A stretch of 64,000 bases of DNA, taken from an uncultured virus (IMG/VR IMGVR_UViG_3300048861_000172). Lineage: Duplodnaviria; Heunggongvirae; Uroviricota; Caudoviricetes. Position numbers and translations under genes: made by a program. The notes beneath the pieces were generated by a model. The model did not search any database. It saw only the letters and a list, made by a program, of their open reading frames with translations, and was not told the DNA's origin. The stretch lies in IMG/VR virus record IMGVR_UViG_3300048861_000172, one strand, 5' to 3'. Positions 29,014 to 39,018 of this stretch are shown here, in pieces (position 1 is the stretch's first letter; each line of letters opens with the position of its first letter).

Positions 29014-30735
29014 ATGAGCAAGAAAAAACTCCCTGAGAATGTGCTTGGTTACGAATGCCGGCACGTTGTCTTTTGCGAACCGCAAAATCCTCGGGACGAC
29101 GACTTCCACCTGGTGAAAGAAATCGTTCACTATACCGATGGCACCACGCGCCCCAATCTGCGCTTGTGGAAGAACTATCAGCGTCCCTTTTACGTCACCA
29201 AACAAGCTAAACGCAACCACGAAGACAAAAAAGAATGGGAGAAGGTAGAGCACTTGAATGTCTTTCAGTGCCGTCAGACTGACCTGATCCGTAAAGCCGC
29301 GGCTGCCATTGGTGAGCCGTGGTTCAAGGGCAACCTGCGCAAGCTTGCGCGCAGCCCCTACCTATACGGCGCGGACATCTTGTCGACCGCCACCTTGAAG
29401 GCGGACTATCAGAATAAGTTCCCCAATCTGATTACCCCGTACCAGGCGGCGGCCTTCGACATTGAAACCGATGTGCTACATGGCACGAACGGTCCGATCC
29501 TCTCCACCATCGCTTATCAAGATAAGGTCTACACCGTTATCAAGAAAAGCTTTGTGGAAGGCTATAGCAACGTGATCCCGCGTCTGCATGAGCTGATGGA
29601 GAAGTACATCGGCGACTATATGCGCAAGCGCAAGATGAGCTGGGAACCGGTGCTGGTCGACGATACGCTGGAGGTGGCGACCGGCTGCATCTACAAGGCG
29701 CATGAGTGGAAGCCGGACTTCCTCGCAATCTGGAACATGGACTTCGACATCCCGCGCATTGTCGAGGTGATGGAAAAGTGTGGCGTGAACCCGGCCGATG
29801 TGTTTAGCGACCCGTGTGTACCACCGCAGTACCGCCATTACGAGTATAAGCGCGGACCGAGCCAGAAGGTGACGGCCTCAGGTAAGATGATGCCGATCAA
29901 GCCCGCCGGGCGCTGGCATACGGTGTTTACGCCTGCGTCGTTCTACGTGATCGATGCGATGTGTGCGTATCGGCACATCCGTAACCAGATGGCGGAAGAG
30001 CAATCGTACTCACTCGATGCGATTCTCAACAAGCATCTGAAAGTAGGAAAGCTCAAGTTCACCGAAGCGAGCCACCTCCCGGAAGGTACGCTCCCCTGGC
30101 ACATCTTCATGCAAGAGCACTACCCGCTCGAATACACGATCTATAACGTGTTCGATACGGTGTCGATGCTGGAGTTGGATGACGAGATCAAGGACTTGCA
30201 GTTTACCCTGCCGATGTTCTCAGGCTACTCGGACTTCCAGAACTTTAAGAGCCAACCGCGGCGGATTGTCGATAAGCTCCATTACTTCTGCCAGGAAAAC
30301 GACTTGGTGATTGCCACCACCTCGGATGAGATGGCCACCGAAGAAGATGAGCTCACCATTGGCCTGGACGATTGGATCATTACCTTGCCCGCTCACTTGG
30401 TCGAAGACAACGGCCTGAGAGTGATCAAGGACATGCCGGAGCTGGCGACCAATATCCGTGCCCACGTGGGGGACTTGGACGTCTCTGCATCCTACCCGAA
30501 TGGGGAAGATGCGATGAACATCTCGAAGGAAACCACGCACCGGGAAGTGGTGGATATTGAAGGGGTGTCCGAATACACGCGCCGCATGCAAGGCCTGAAC
30601 CTCTCAGCGGGCCATGTGAATGCGGTGGAATTCTGCACCGACCTCTTTGGCATGCCGCAACTCACCGAGCTGCTGAGTGCTTTTGAAGAAGACCACGTCA
30701 ACATGGCGCAGACCGAGCATCATCAAACGGCTTAA
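29014..30735 (+). CDS. Split family-B DNA polymerase, 3'-5' exonuclease/motif A subunit (phiKZ gp82-like)
   Basis: Exo I AFDIET, Exo II WNMDFD, Exo III YNVFD and motif A DLDVSASYP. Confidence 0.85.
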   Translation: MSKKKLPENVLGYECRHVVFCEPQNPRDDDFHLVKEIVHYTDGTTRPNLRLWKNYQRPFYVTKQAKRNHEDKKEWEKVEHLNVFQCRQTDLIRKAAAAIGEPWFKGNLRKLARSPYLYGADILSTATLKADYQNKFPNLITPYQAAAFDIETDVLHGTNGPILSTIAYQDKVYTVIKKSFVEGYSNVIPRLHELMEKYIGDYMRKRKMSWEPVLVDDTLEVATGCIYKAHEWKPDFLAIWNMDFDIPRIVEVMEKCGVNPADVFSDPCVPPQYRHYEYKRGPSQKVTASGKMMPIKPAGRWHTVFTPASFYVIDAMCAYRHIRNQMAEEQSYSLDAILNKHLKVGKLKFTEASHLPEGTLPWHIFMQEHYPLEYTIYNVFDTVSMLELDDEIKDLQFTLPMFSGYSDFQNFKSQPRRIVDKLHYFCQENDLVIATTSDEMATEEDELTIGLDDWIITLPAHLVEDNGLRVIKDMPELATNIRAHVGDLDVSASYPNGEDAMNISKETTHREVVDIEGVSEYTRRMQGLNLSAGHVNAVEFCTDLFGMPQLTELLSAFEEDHVNMAQTEHHQTA

Positions 30736-30770
30736 CCCCAAACGCTTAAATGGGCGCATATAGCGCGCCC

Positions 30771-30824
30771 GGCCCCTTCTCTGACCGATTGGCTAGAGAA
30801 GGGGTGCCAAGCGTTTATGCCGTC
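30771..30824. terminator. Hairpin + TTTATGCCGTC between the polymerase and endolysin genes
   Basis: CCCCTTCTCT...AGAGAAGGGG stem; TTATGCCGTC at 30815-30824. Confidence 0.65.
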
Positions 30825-31652
30825 TTAGGCAAGCAAGGGTTGGCCTTTGAAGGTGGAGTAGTTATCCGCCAGCTTCGTGTCGTAGTTGTTCTGCTTGTAA
30901 TTGCTGCCGTTGTAGATCTCCGCGAACTTCGCCCAGTTCTTGGCCCGCAAGGCGGCCAGCAGCGCGCCTTGGCGGTAGGTGGTGACAAACTTCACAAACG
31001 CTTGCAGCTGCTTGCCTTCGGACTCTTTCATATCCAAGACAAACGCTTCGACGTTACCGTAACCGGCGGAGGCGAAGTTAAAGCCCATGATCTGGAACAG
31101 CCCCCAGGACGCGCTCATCAACGCCAGATGCGGGTCGATCTTGCTTGCCACACTCAGTCGGGTGTACTCGGGAATGCCCCCCAGATAGGTGGGCTTGCCG
31201 GGGTTGACGATGGTCGGATAGGTCGCCACCAGTTGACTGAGGGCTTGCGCAGTCCGGGTCTTGGCAAGCTGCTGATAGAACACGTGCGGCTCAAAGAGAA
31301 TCGCACACTGGCCGTCTTCAAAGAAGCCCGAGCCACGCGACTCTACCTCACACACACTCATCACTGAGGGCGTATCCACCCCCAGGCTCTTGGCAGCTGA
31401 CTGGTAGTCGGCCAGCGTCAGATACTTCTGGGTGATAAACGAGCCCAACGACTTCTGTGTGGTCTCATCCCACAGGCCCGTGACCGGCATCTGCGAGGCT
31501 TTCTGGAACAGCTGCAAAGCAGCAATCGTCTTGGCCCCCAAGTCGCCATCGACTTTCAGCGGCGGGGTGACCTTGGACTTTTCATTCAAGGCTTTCTGGA
31601 CGTTGCGGCGGTACTGGAGGTAATCCAGTTCTTTGGGTAAGGCAATTGCCAT
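30825..31652 (-). CDS. Modular endolysin: peptidoglycan-binding domain + DUF3380 N-acetylmuramidase
   Basis: LKVDGDLGAKTIAALQLFQ (PG_binding_1); VESRGSGF, ILFEPHVF, SASWGLFQIMGFN, FAEIYNG, YDTKL. Confidence 0.9.
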   Translation of the reverse strand: MAIALPKELDYLQYRRNVQKALNEKSKVTPPLKVDGDLGAKTIAALQLFQKASQMPVTGLWDETTQKSLGSFITQKYLTLADYQSAAKSLGVDTPSVMSVCEVESRGSGFFEDGQCAILFEPHVFYQQLAKTRTAQALSQLVATYPTIVNPGKPTYLGGIPEYTRLSVASKIDPHLALMSASWGLFQIMGFNFASAGYGNVEAFVLDMKESEGKQLQAFVKFVTTYRQGALLAALRAKNWAKFAEIYNGSNYKQNNYDTKLADNYSTFKGQPLLA

Positions 31653-31665
31653 CGTATTCTCCGTA

Positions 31666-31750
31666 GCGGGCATAAGTAGGGCTGAAGGCTCAGTACCCCC
31701 AGACAATGGAAGTACTGAGACCCTCAGGCCCTGATGATGCCTTATGCGGC
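31666..31750. terminator. Long imperfect hairpin with TATGC motifs at both ends
   Basis: AGGGCTGAAGG CTCAGTAC...GTACTGAG ACCCTCAGGCCCT, flanked by GGGCATAA and TTATGCGG. Confidence 0.6.
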
Positions 31751-31757
31751 TACGGGA

Positions 31758-34325
31758 TTACTTGTTGAAGAACGCGAGGATGCGCTGACGACCTTGTTCC
31801 GTGACGCCATGCTCAAGCGCCTTGGTAAAGTCGATCTGCTTGAGCGCCGTTTCCCGTCCTTGGATGGGTGCTGCGGTACGCACGAGGTGCACCAGATTCT
31901 GGAAGCCGATCTGGTGTTCGCGCGAGAGCGGCACTTCGCCCATGAAACGGAACGCATGCGTCATCGCAAAGGCGCCGTCCAGATGCGCCTCGACGATCTT
32001 CAGCGCTGCGCGGAACACGTCCTCGAAGTCATCCTCGAGGTTGTTCACGATGTTGGTGATGGCCTTGTACATCGAGGCTTGGTGGCGGGCGCCGGTAGCG
32101 GCGTCCATTTCCTTGCCCGGTGCCATGGCATCGACGTAACGATACAGCGTGTTGATCGCGATGGTGCCCGTCGGGCTCGCGTTTTGGGTGAGATCGCTGA
32201 CGATCTGATTCACCGGTTGGGGTGTGTTGCTGGAGCTCACTACTTTGTTCGCACTTTCGTTGGTGTCGGCAGGGTTCTGACCCATACCGGCGTTGACAGG
32301 ATCGGCAGCAGGTGTGCCGGGCTCAGCGACGACCGCGCCCGTGGCTGCATCGGTCGTGCCATCATCTACCTTTTGTGCACCCGATTCGCTCGCGACGGCA
32401 TCGTTGACCTGATTGCTTCCGGCGGCCGCTTGCGCTGCTTCCGAATTGATCACGTCACTCGTGCCTTCCGTGGTCGAGGGAACTGATCCATCTGCCTGAG
32501 CTTGCGCTGCCGCTTGGGCCGGATCGACCAATTGCGGATTGGCTGCAATGGGCGTGGCCGGCGCGTCTGCGTTCGGATCTTGCGAAGGGGCGCCAGCCGC
32601 AGGGGTGGTCGGCGAACCACTGGCGTCGTTTGCCACCGGCGCTTGGGCTTGTGCGTCACCGGTACTCGCTCCTTGATCCAGGTTAGCGGCAGCGGCTGCG
32701 CCCTGGTCCCCACCGGCCTGTTCCCCGGCAGAGGTAGCAGGTGATCCACTCGCCGAAGAGGTTGTAGCGTCCTCCCCGGCCGGCGCAGCGGGGGCATCGG
32801 GAGGCAAACCCGAATTATCCGAGCTTGCTTGCTCGCCACCCTGTGCTTGGACCGAGTCCGGTCCCGGGCTCAGATCGTTCTCCGGACGTTGACCCGAAGT
32901 CGTATCGGTTGGCGTTGCCACCGTTTCCTGATTGCTCAGTCCGGTGTTCGCTGATTGATCATCAGCTGCCCGATCAGATCCGTCAGATACTTGCGTATCC
33001 CCTTGTCCGCTGGTGTCAGCGGTAGCACCGGCGTTCGCTGCACTTCCATCTTGGGCAGCTTGTTCGCCTTGGGGTTGGGAGCTGCTGGGGCTGCCGTCGC
33101 CGGCTTGCTGACTGGCTTCGCTGCTGCCTTCGGAGCCAGCTGCTTGACCGGCTGAGGGGGTGGCACCTTGGTCGGTGCTTTGACCGCTGCCTTCGGTGGC
33201 GTTTTGCTCGCCGCCTTGGGTGGCTTGGGCGCTGAGGTCGGCTGCTTGCTGGCCGCCGCCTTGGGCGTCGGTTTGGTCGGTGAGGCTGGCGGTTTCTTCA
33301 CCGGTGGTGCTGTCCGCGCCTTGCTGGCCGGTGGCGGCACCTTGGTTGACGTCACTGCCTTGGTCTGCCGGGGCAGTACCTTGGTCTTGTTGACCTTGGC
33401 TGGGGACTTGATTGGCATCGGTAGCTCCTTGTGCGTCCTGCGGCTCACCGGGTGCCTCCCCGCTTACGCTGCCGTCGTTGATCCCGGGGTGTGCGTTTGG
33501 GTCGAAGTCCGGCGGGGTGTCCACTTGCCCGTCCTGAGGGTTTGCGGGTTGCTGCGCCACCTGATCGTCCGTCGAACCGGTCGAGGTGGCTTGCGCCGCG
33601 TGGTCTTCCACTGCCACTGTCTGACCTGCTGCGGGCGCAGGGTTATCGGCTGCGCCGCTCGCCTGATCTGCCGGCTCTTGATTTGCCGCTTCCTCCGGCT
33701 GATCGTCATCGCGCTGCTCCTCGACTTGATCCGCTGCGTTCGGATCTTGCTCGGGCGTATCGACGCCTTGTTCCGGCGGGTTCGGCGGATTGGAGACAGG
33801 CGGCTGGGCCGGCTCGCTGGTGGTCTGGGTGGCGCCTTCGTTCTCGGTGGCCGTGGTGGCGGCTACCTGCTCCCCGGCGTCTCCTGCCACTTGTGGCGAA
33901 TTTGCGCCATCTTGGGGCTCTGCCGAGCTCTGCGGCGCGCTGCCAGCACTGACAGGGTCGGGTACTTGACCCTCGGCCGGGTTAGCAGCAGGAGCTGCCT
34001 CACCAGACTGAACATCGTCACTCTCCTTCAGTTGTGCAGCGATTTGCGGATCGATGGCCGGGTTGAGCGGCTGGCCCGCTTGGGTGTCACCGGCCGGCGT
34101 ATCCGAGGGGTCACTCGGCGGCTCGCTGGCTTGCGACGGGGCGTCGGCATGAGCGGCGGCTTCCGTACCAGCGTCATGGTCGCTGTCGGCAAGCGCGGCT
34201 TCTTCCGGGGTCAAACCGATCGGCTGGATCAAACCTTGATCGTCGACCGACTCTCCTTCTTTGAGCGTATATTCTTGTTCGTTACCTTGGGCATCTTGAT
34301 ACTTGACAACCTGCTGGTCCGACAT
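31758..34325 (-). CDS. 855-aa protein: very long acidic low-complexity N-terminus plus ~125-aa folded C-terminal domain
   Basis: ATG 34325 has an AAGGAG RBS; the A/Q/G/D/P/S/T-rich region is followed by YVDAMAPG...AFRF...FQNL. Confidence 0.8.
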   Translation of the reverse strand: MSDQQVVKYQDAQGNEQEYTLKEGESVDDQGLIQPIGLTPEEAALADSDHDAGTEAAAHADAPSQASEPPSDPSDTPAGDTQAGQPLNPAIDPQIAAQLKESDDVQSGEAAPAANPAEGQVPDPVSAGSAPQSSAEPQDGANSPQVAGDAGEQVAATTATENEGATQTTSEPAQPPVSNPPNPPEQGVDTPEQDPNAADQVEEQRDDDQPEEAANQEPADQASGAADNPAPAAGQTVAVEDHAAQATSTGSTDDQVAQQPANPQDGQVDTPPDFDPNAHPGINDGSVSGEAPGEPQDAQGATDANQVPSQGQQDQGTAPADQGSDVNQGAATGQQGADSTTGEETASLTDQTDAQGGGQQAADLSAQATQGGEQNATEGSGQSTDQGATPSAGQAAGSEGSSEASQQAGDGSPSSSQPQGEQAAQDGSAANAGATADTSGQGDTQVSDGSDRAADDQSANTGLSNQETVATPTDTTSGQRPENDLSPGPDSVQAQGGEQASSDNSGLPPDAPAAPAGEDATTSSASGSPATSAGEQAGGDQGAAAAANLDQGASTGDAQAQAPVANDASGSPTTPAAGAPSQDPNADAPATPIAANPQLVDPAQAAAQAQADGSVPSTTEGTSDVINSEAAQAAAGSNQVNDAVASESGAQKVDDGTTDAATGAVVAEPGTPAADPVNAGMGQNPADTNESANKVVSSSNTPQPVNQIVSDLTQNASPTGTIAINTLYRYVDAMAPGKEMDAATGARHQASMYKAITNIVNNLEDDFEDVFRAALKIVEAHLDGAFAMTHAFRFMGEVPLSREHQIGFQNLVHLVRTAAPIQGRETALKQIDFTKALEHGVTEQGRQRILAFFNK

Positions 34326-34452
34326 TTGTGTTGCTCCTTGATGTAAATGGTACAGCTTGGGGCAGTCCCAAACCATTACTACGCGCGTTAAAAAGATAAC
34401 GCAGGGTAGCGCTGAGTCGGGACACGCAGTCCATTTGTCACGAAACACACTG

Positions 34453-35769
34453 CTACTGAATTGCTTTCTGGTAATCCATTTTGGCGAGCAACAGCGCCTT
34501 GCCGTGGGCTGCCGACATGAAGATAGCCAAGAAGGCGCTTCCGTATTCTGCAATCGCAGCGGACAAAGCCGTCGGCACTGCGGAGAGCCTGGGGCCCACG
34601 CATACCGCACAGAAGTCTGTCTTATCAGCCCAACAATACATCGGACTGCGCAACATCACTTCCCGGCCTAAGTACTTGCCATGATTGGCTTCCGTGATGA
34701 CCTCGTGTCCCGAGGCGGTGACCACACTAAAGCCTAACCACTTCTCTAGCGTGTCATCGATAACAACATCGTTACCCAAGCTGCTGCCGCAGTCTTCCAT
34801 GGTCACTGCCATGTTAGAGGAGGCACGCAACAGCCACTTGACGGATTCCCCGCCAAGCATGGTTTGCGCAGAGCGTCCGAAGGTGCCGGCACGCAAGGAG
34901 TTATTCATCGACGGGAACTTGGCAATGTCCCACCCTTCAGACAAGGACCGTTCGATATAGTCCACTTCGACTTTGTCATTCAAACTGTTTTGCTCGGCCC
35001 CCATCTGGAGAAAGAGCTTACGACGCACGACGTTATACGACTTGTTTTCACTGATGGCAAAAAGATCCTTCGCTTCATCGTCTTTCAGCCACACGTTCTT
35101 GTCATAATCGACCAGCTCTTTGTCGATGCGGGCGATCACCGCTGGATCGTGCAAGCGTCCCTCGTATTGCTTAAGTAGCTTCTTTCTGAGCTCTACGATG
35201 CCATCAGGAGCGAGCATCGATTTCTCCGAACCGGCCGGGGTAAAGAGTTGTGTAAAACCGGTGAGAAAGAAGGCTCCGTCAGCAAAGCGCAGGTACTCAT
35301 CGACATAAATGTCTTGGTCATTACGCTTACTCGGATCAGCCGGATTATCTTTAAACCTCGGCAGGATCATCGCTTCGATCTGCGAGGTCTTAATCTTGCC
35401 CGTCAGGAATTCGATCTTGGCGCCGAACGCATTGACGAGCAGGATATAATTGACCAGCACGTTGCCGTAGGTGGTGGTGACGTCTTTCTGAGTCACGTTC
35501 GGCATCTGCCCGACTTTCACCGTTAAGTGATCCCACTTGGCAAAGATGGGTTCGCCGGGCTTGGCGTCACTGATCTTAATCAGCTTCGTCACATCGTCGG
35601 GGTCGACGAAGAACATGCCCGCTGGCGTCTGCACGATGCGGTAGGCAAACGCGTCTTTCTTCCAGGCCTCGGGTTCTTCCCGAATCAGCGAGAAGGCACT
35701 GATAATCCAGTCCTTGCGCTTGTAGAGTCCTGAGGCTAACGCCCGCAGGTAGAAATCAGATTTTTGCAT
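34453..35769 (-). CDS. Virion RNA polymerase beta-prime middle subunit (phiKZ gp80-like)
   Basis: NSLRAGTFGRSAQTMLGG and the EDCGS...LRSPMYC...FCAVCVG zinc site. Confidence 0.85.
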   Translation of the reverse strand: MQKSDFYLRALASGLYKRKDWIISAFSLIREEPEAWKKDAFAYRIVQTPAGMFFVDPDDVTKLIKISDAKPGEPIFAKWDHLTVKVGQMPNVTQKDVTTTYGNVLVNYILLVNAFGAKIEFLTGKIKTSQIEAMILPRFKDNPADPSKRNDQDIYVDEYLRFADGAFFLTGFTQLFTPAGSEKSMLAPDGIVELRKKLLKQYEGRLHDPAVIARIDKELVDYDKNVWLKDDEAKDLFAISENKSYNVVRRKLFLQMGAEQNSLNDKVEVDYIERSLSEGWDIAKFPSMNNSLRAGTFGRSAQTMLGGESVKWLLRASSNMAVTMEDCGSSLGNDVVIDDTLEKWLGFSVVTASGHEVITEANHGKYLGREVMLRSPMYCWADKTDFCAVCVGPRLSAVPTALSAAIAEYGSAFLAIFMSAAHGKALLLAKMDYQKAIQ

Positions 35770-36601
35770 AGCTGTTAAACTTCAGCAGAAGGTCGTTGAC
35801 AAACAAATCGACCTTGGTGATCTTGTCGATGTCGGAGAGGTAGCTATCCAGGTGCTTCTTGATCTCGATGCGAGGATTGGCCCACGCATCAGCCGAGACA
35901 AACGCCATGCAGATGAGCTCATGCGCAATCGCTTGCGGTTCCATCTCGTTAAAGTCCTGCCCGATCAGATTCAGGTAGGTATTAAACGGATGACCGACAT
36001 CCAAGCCGTGGGTGAGCAGATACGCGAGCTTCAGGTTCTTCAGCTGGGCGAACTGCACGAAGTTGTTGTAGAGGATCACGCGTTGCTGTTTGAGCACCTG
36101 CTCATCGTGACTCAGCACCACCGCATGGTTAGCTTCGGCACGCTGCATGATCAGTTGCAAGAGCCGCTGATCCACGTGCGTGACCAGATGCGCAATCGCC
36201 TCCGAGTCCCGCCCGATCACCAGCTGCACCAGCTCGACGAAGATGTCTTCGGCAACCCCTTCCATACCGATCGTCGAGATGATCTGCTCCGGCGCATCAT
36301 AATCGCCTTCTAAGAGCCGTAGCGCCCGCAGGAAGACGTTGAGCTCACTGATGCGGGCATCTTCACTGATGACCACGCCGTGCTCCTCTAGGAGCTTGTG
36401 CTGCACCGCCTTGGTCATGTCGTAGATCGAATCGAAGGTGGCGTTCTGATCGGCGTTGCCGTCAAGCATCAGCAATCCTTCGTAATCCTGTTCATAGGTG
36501 TCGAGGCCGAACTGGTCGAAGAGCTCACACGCGGCGCGAATCGCTTCGGTCATCTCCGGCGTCGTGGCATCATTCAGATAGTCACGCAGTAAATCAAGCA
36601 T
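35756..36601 (-). CDS. Conserved hypothetical protein (gp79-like)
   Basis: ATG 36601; overlaps the vRNAP subunit gene; synteny. Confidence 0.6.
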   Translation of the reverse strand: MLDLLRDYLNDATTPEMTEAIRAACELFDQFGLDTYEQDYEGLLMLDGNADQNATFDSIYDMTKAVQHKLLEEHGVVISEDARISELNVFLRALRLLEGDYDAPEQIISTIGMEGVAEDIFVELVQLVIGRDSEAIAHLVTHVDQRLLQLIMQRAEANHAVVLSHDEQVLKQQRVILYNNFVQFAQLKNLKLAYLLTHGLDVGHPFNTYLNLIGQDFNEMEPQAIAHELICMAFVSADAWANPRIEIKKHLDSYLSDIDKITKVDLFVNDLLLKFNSYAKI

Positions 36602-36619
36602 TTCCGCCCCTTTCAAAAC

Positions 36620-36648
36620 AAAAAATATGTGCGCGGCCCATTCTGTAG
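36620..36648 (+). promoter_or_regulatory. Putative middle-type phage promoter
   Basis: AAAAAATATGT-N13-TGTAG upstream of the 36740 operon. Confidence 0.45.
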
Positions 36649-36739
36649 CGAATTGCCGTCGGGTAGTCAAATAATTGCGCTACCAACCGCAAATCTCATC
36701 TGAAAACACAAATCACTTCTTTTAAGGATTGACCGCATC

Positions 36740-37378
36740 ATGACCCGCAAGTCCGCTTCCCGCCAAGCTCGTGACACCCTGAAAACTGTCGACCCGAAGG
36801 CGGTCGGCGAGAAGGAATATCAATCTCTGCTCGATAAGGCCAACTGCGTGCCCGAGCAAATCTTCAACGAAGCTGCCCAGGCTGACAAGGCCCGCAAGCG
36901 CATGGCTGAAGCCAATGCCGAAGGCACCGTGTCGATCTGGGACGACCTCGAGAACATGTACCAGAACTGCGTGCAAGCGCTGGCCTCGCCGGGCGTGATC
37001 GGCGCCTTCAGCCAACGCAAGGATCTGATCGCCCTGGTGCAAGACAAGCAAGTACTGGTCGCACGCATTCGCATGCTCCAGAGCGACACCGAGCAGATGC
37101 GCGCAGAGCTCAACGCGATTCACCAGCAGCATCAGGGCAAGACCGGTGGCTCGATCGATCCGGACGAGCTGATCCAGGCTTTCCCGCTGTATGAATACTA
37201 CCAGCTGTGGCTCCAGAAGTGGAACGCCAACATCATGCCGACGGTGGCCCACATCCTGGAAATCTTCACCGACGCGGAAATCGAACAACAGCGCCAACGA
37301 GCCGCTGCTCAACTCACGCCCGAGCAAGACCCGACCGTCATCACCGACGTCGAAGTCAAGCAAGACGCCCAACACTAA
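36740..37378 (+). CDS. Hypothetical coiled-coil protein
   Basis: 212 aa; AAGGA RBS; first gene of the + strand operon. Confidence 0.7.
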   Translation: MTRKSASRQARDTLKTVDPKAVGEKEYQSLLDKANCVPEQIFNEAAQADKARKRMAEANAEGTVSIWDDLENMYQNCVQALASPGVIGAFSQRKDLIALVQDKQVLVARIRMLQSDTEQMRAELNAIHQQHQGKTGGSIDPDELIQAFPLYEYYQLWLQKWNANIMPTVAHILEIFTDAEIEQQRQRAAAQLTPEQDPTVITDVEVKQDAQH

Positions 37379-37396
37379 GTCGCAAGGACGGACCTG

Positions 37397-39001
37397 ATGT
37401 CGATTCAACAACAAGACAAGGACGATAACGCGCAACCGTTGTCGTCCAATATCGTCACGCCTGCTCAAGCTGCGGCGGGCGTTTCTGTAGCAGGCCTGGA
37501 CGAAGTCGATACCGAAGCCTCGGTGCCGGAAGCGGCAGCACCGACCACTCCCGCGCCCGCGCAGGACGAGGAAGAGAACCGGGTGATTCTGCCGCCGCAC
37601 GAGGACTCCTCGACGGTGCAGCTCGATCACCTGGTGTTTGTGCCGCTGGGGGAGAAGGAATCCTTCAACGACTTCGAAGTCTCGATTGCAGTGCCCGCGG
37701 ATACCGAAGACCGGATTGCGGACTTTATCAAGGGCTTGCCCAACGAAGAAGTCGGCACCACCCCCGCTGAAGCCGAATGGCGCGACACGCTCGTGCAGGG
37801 CAGTGTGACGGCAACGGCGAAGGAGCAGTTCCGGGCATCGACCGAGCGTGAAGGCTCGCAATGGCGTCAGCAGGCGCAGCACGGCGACAAGAAGCTCTCA
37901 GCCGCGCAGCCGCGCATTGCGGATACGGAATCGAGCACGCTCTCGGGTCCGCGTGCGGTGCTGCGCGTGCGCGCCGTGGTGGGACTGGGCACGATTGTCC
38001 AGATTCCGCTGTGGCACTCGGGTTTCTGGATTACCCTGAAGGCGCCGGGTGAAGGCGCGCTGCTCGAGCTCTATCGGCGCATTGCGGACAACAAGGTGCA
38101 GCTGGGGAACCGCACGCATGGCTGGTGTTTTGCCAATGCCTCGGTGTACATGGCTGAATCGGTGCTGGACTTCGCGATGGACTATCTCTTCGAGTCGACC
38201 TTGAAGGATGTCACCAACGCCGCGGAAATCCGCCCACTGATTCTCACCCATGACATCCAGACGATCGCCTGGGGGCTGGCCGTGGCTCTGTGGCCGAAGG
38301 GCTTTGGCTATTCGCGCTCCGCCCTCATGCCTGATGGCGTGGAAAAGCCGACCGTGCGGGGACGCCTGAACATCGCCAAGATGCAGTTTGTCGACTTGGC
38401 CAGCTTGACGCCGTGGCAGATTGGTCATATGGCGAAGCGCGCTGGCAACACCATGACCCAACAGGATCTGGTGCGCTATCGCAACGAGTTCACCCGCGGG
38501 CAACCGAAGACGGTCAACATCGGCGACTCGGGTCGGCTTCAGATGACGCTGCGTGTGCCGACGATGGACCAGTACATCAACTCGGGTCATCGCTGGGTGA
38601 GTGGCGTGGTCACCATGGTCGATCAGGCGTTTCGCAATCCGCCCAATGAGCAAGCGCGCGATGCCTATATCACCAACCAGTCGAAAGCCTCGATCATGCG
38701 CCAGATGGCGCACTGGGTCGAGAACATCATCGTGGATGGCCGCACCATCGCCGATGATAGCTCGATCGATGAGGTGCTCACCACCCTGAGCGAAAACGGC
38801 AAGCTGCGTCAGTCGTACTTCCAGGCCATTCATGAATTCATCGATGACTCCACCGTCTCGGTGATTGCGACGAACACGGTCAACGAACACGAAGACAATC
38901 GCCTGCCGCGCTTCCCGCACCTGCTGCCGATCGACGCGCTGTACACTTTTTTTACCCTCCTCATGCGGAAGTCGCAGATCCTCATCAACCGGGAGGAATA
39001 A
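37397..39001 (+). CDS. Conserved protein (phiKZ gp77-like), candidate tail/baseplate assembly chaperone; ends with a -1 slippery site
   Basis: 534 aa; IPLWHSGFWITL motif; ACT TTT TTT ACC at 38945-38956. Confidence 0.7.
   Translation: MSIQQQDKDDNAQPLSSNIVTPAQAAAGVSVAGLDEVDTEASVPEAAAPTTPAPAQDEEENRVILPPHEDSSTVQLDHLVFVPLGEKESFNDFEVSIAVPADTEDRIADFIKGLPNEEVGTTPAEAEWRDTLVQGSVTATAKEQFRASTEREGSQWRQQAQHGDKKLSAAQPRIADTESSTLSGPRAVLRVRAVVGLGTIVQIPLWHSGFWITLKAPGEGALLELYRRIADNKVQLGNRTHGWCFANASVYMAESVLDFAMDYLFESTLKDVTNAAEIRPLILTHDIQTIAWGLAVALWPKGFGYSRSALMPDGVEKPTVRGRLNIAKMQFVDLASLTPWQIGHMAKRAGNTMTQQDLVRYRNEFTRGQPKTVNIGDSGRLQMTLRVPTMDQYINSGHRWVSGVVTMVDQAFRNPPNEQARDAYITNQSKASIMRQMAHWVENIIVDGRTIADDSSIDEVLTTLSENGKLRQSYFQAIHEFIDDSTVSVIATNTVNEHEDNRLPRFPHLLPIDALYTFFTLLMRKSQILINREE
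38947..38953 (+). other. Candidate programmed -1 ribosomal frameshift heptamer T TTT TTT
   Basis: X XXY YYZ phasing in the frame of 37397..39001; the -1 frame is stop-free and continuous with 39019..39453. Confidence 0.7.
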
Positions 39002-39018
39002 GCGAGCTCTCGCGCAAG

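Noticed and set aside
34326..34610. N-terminal 95 aa of the 950-aa ORF call
   Set aside because: Overlaps the vRNAP gene; the RBS supports ATG 34325.
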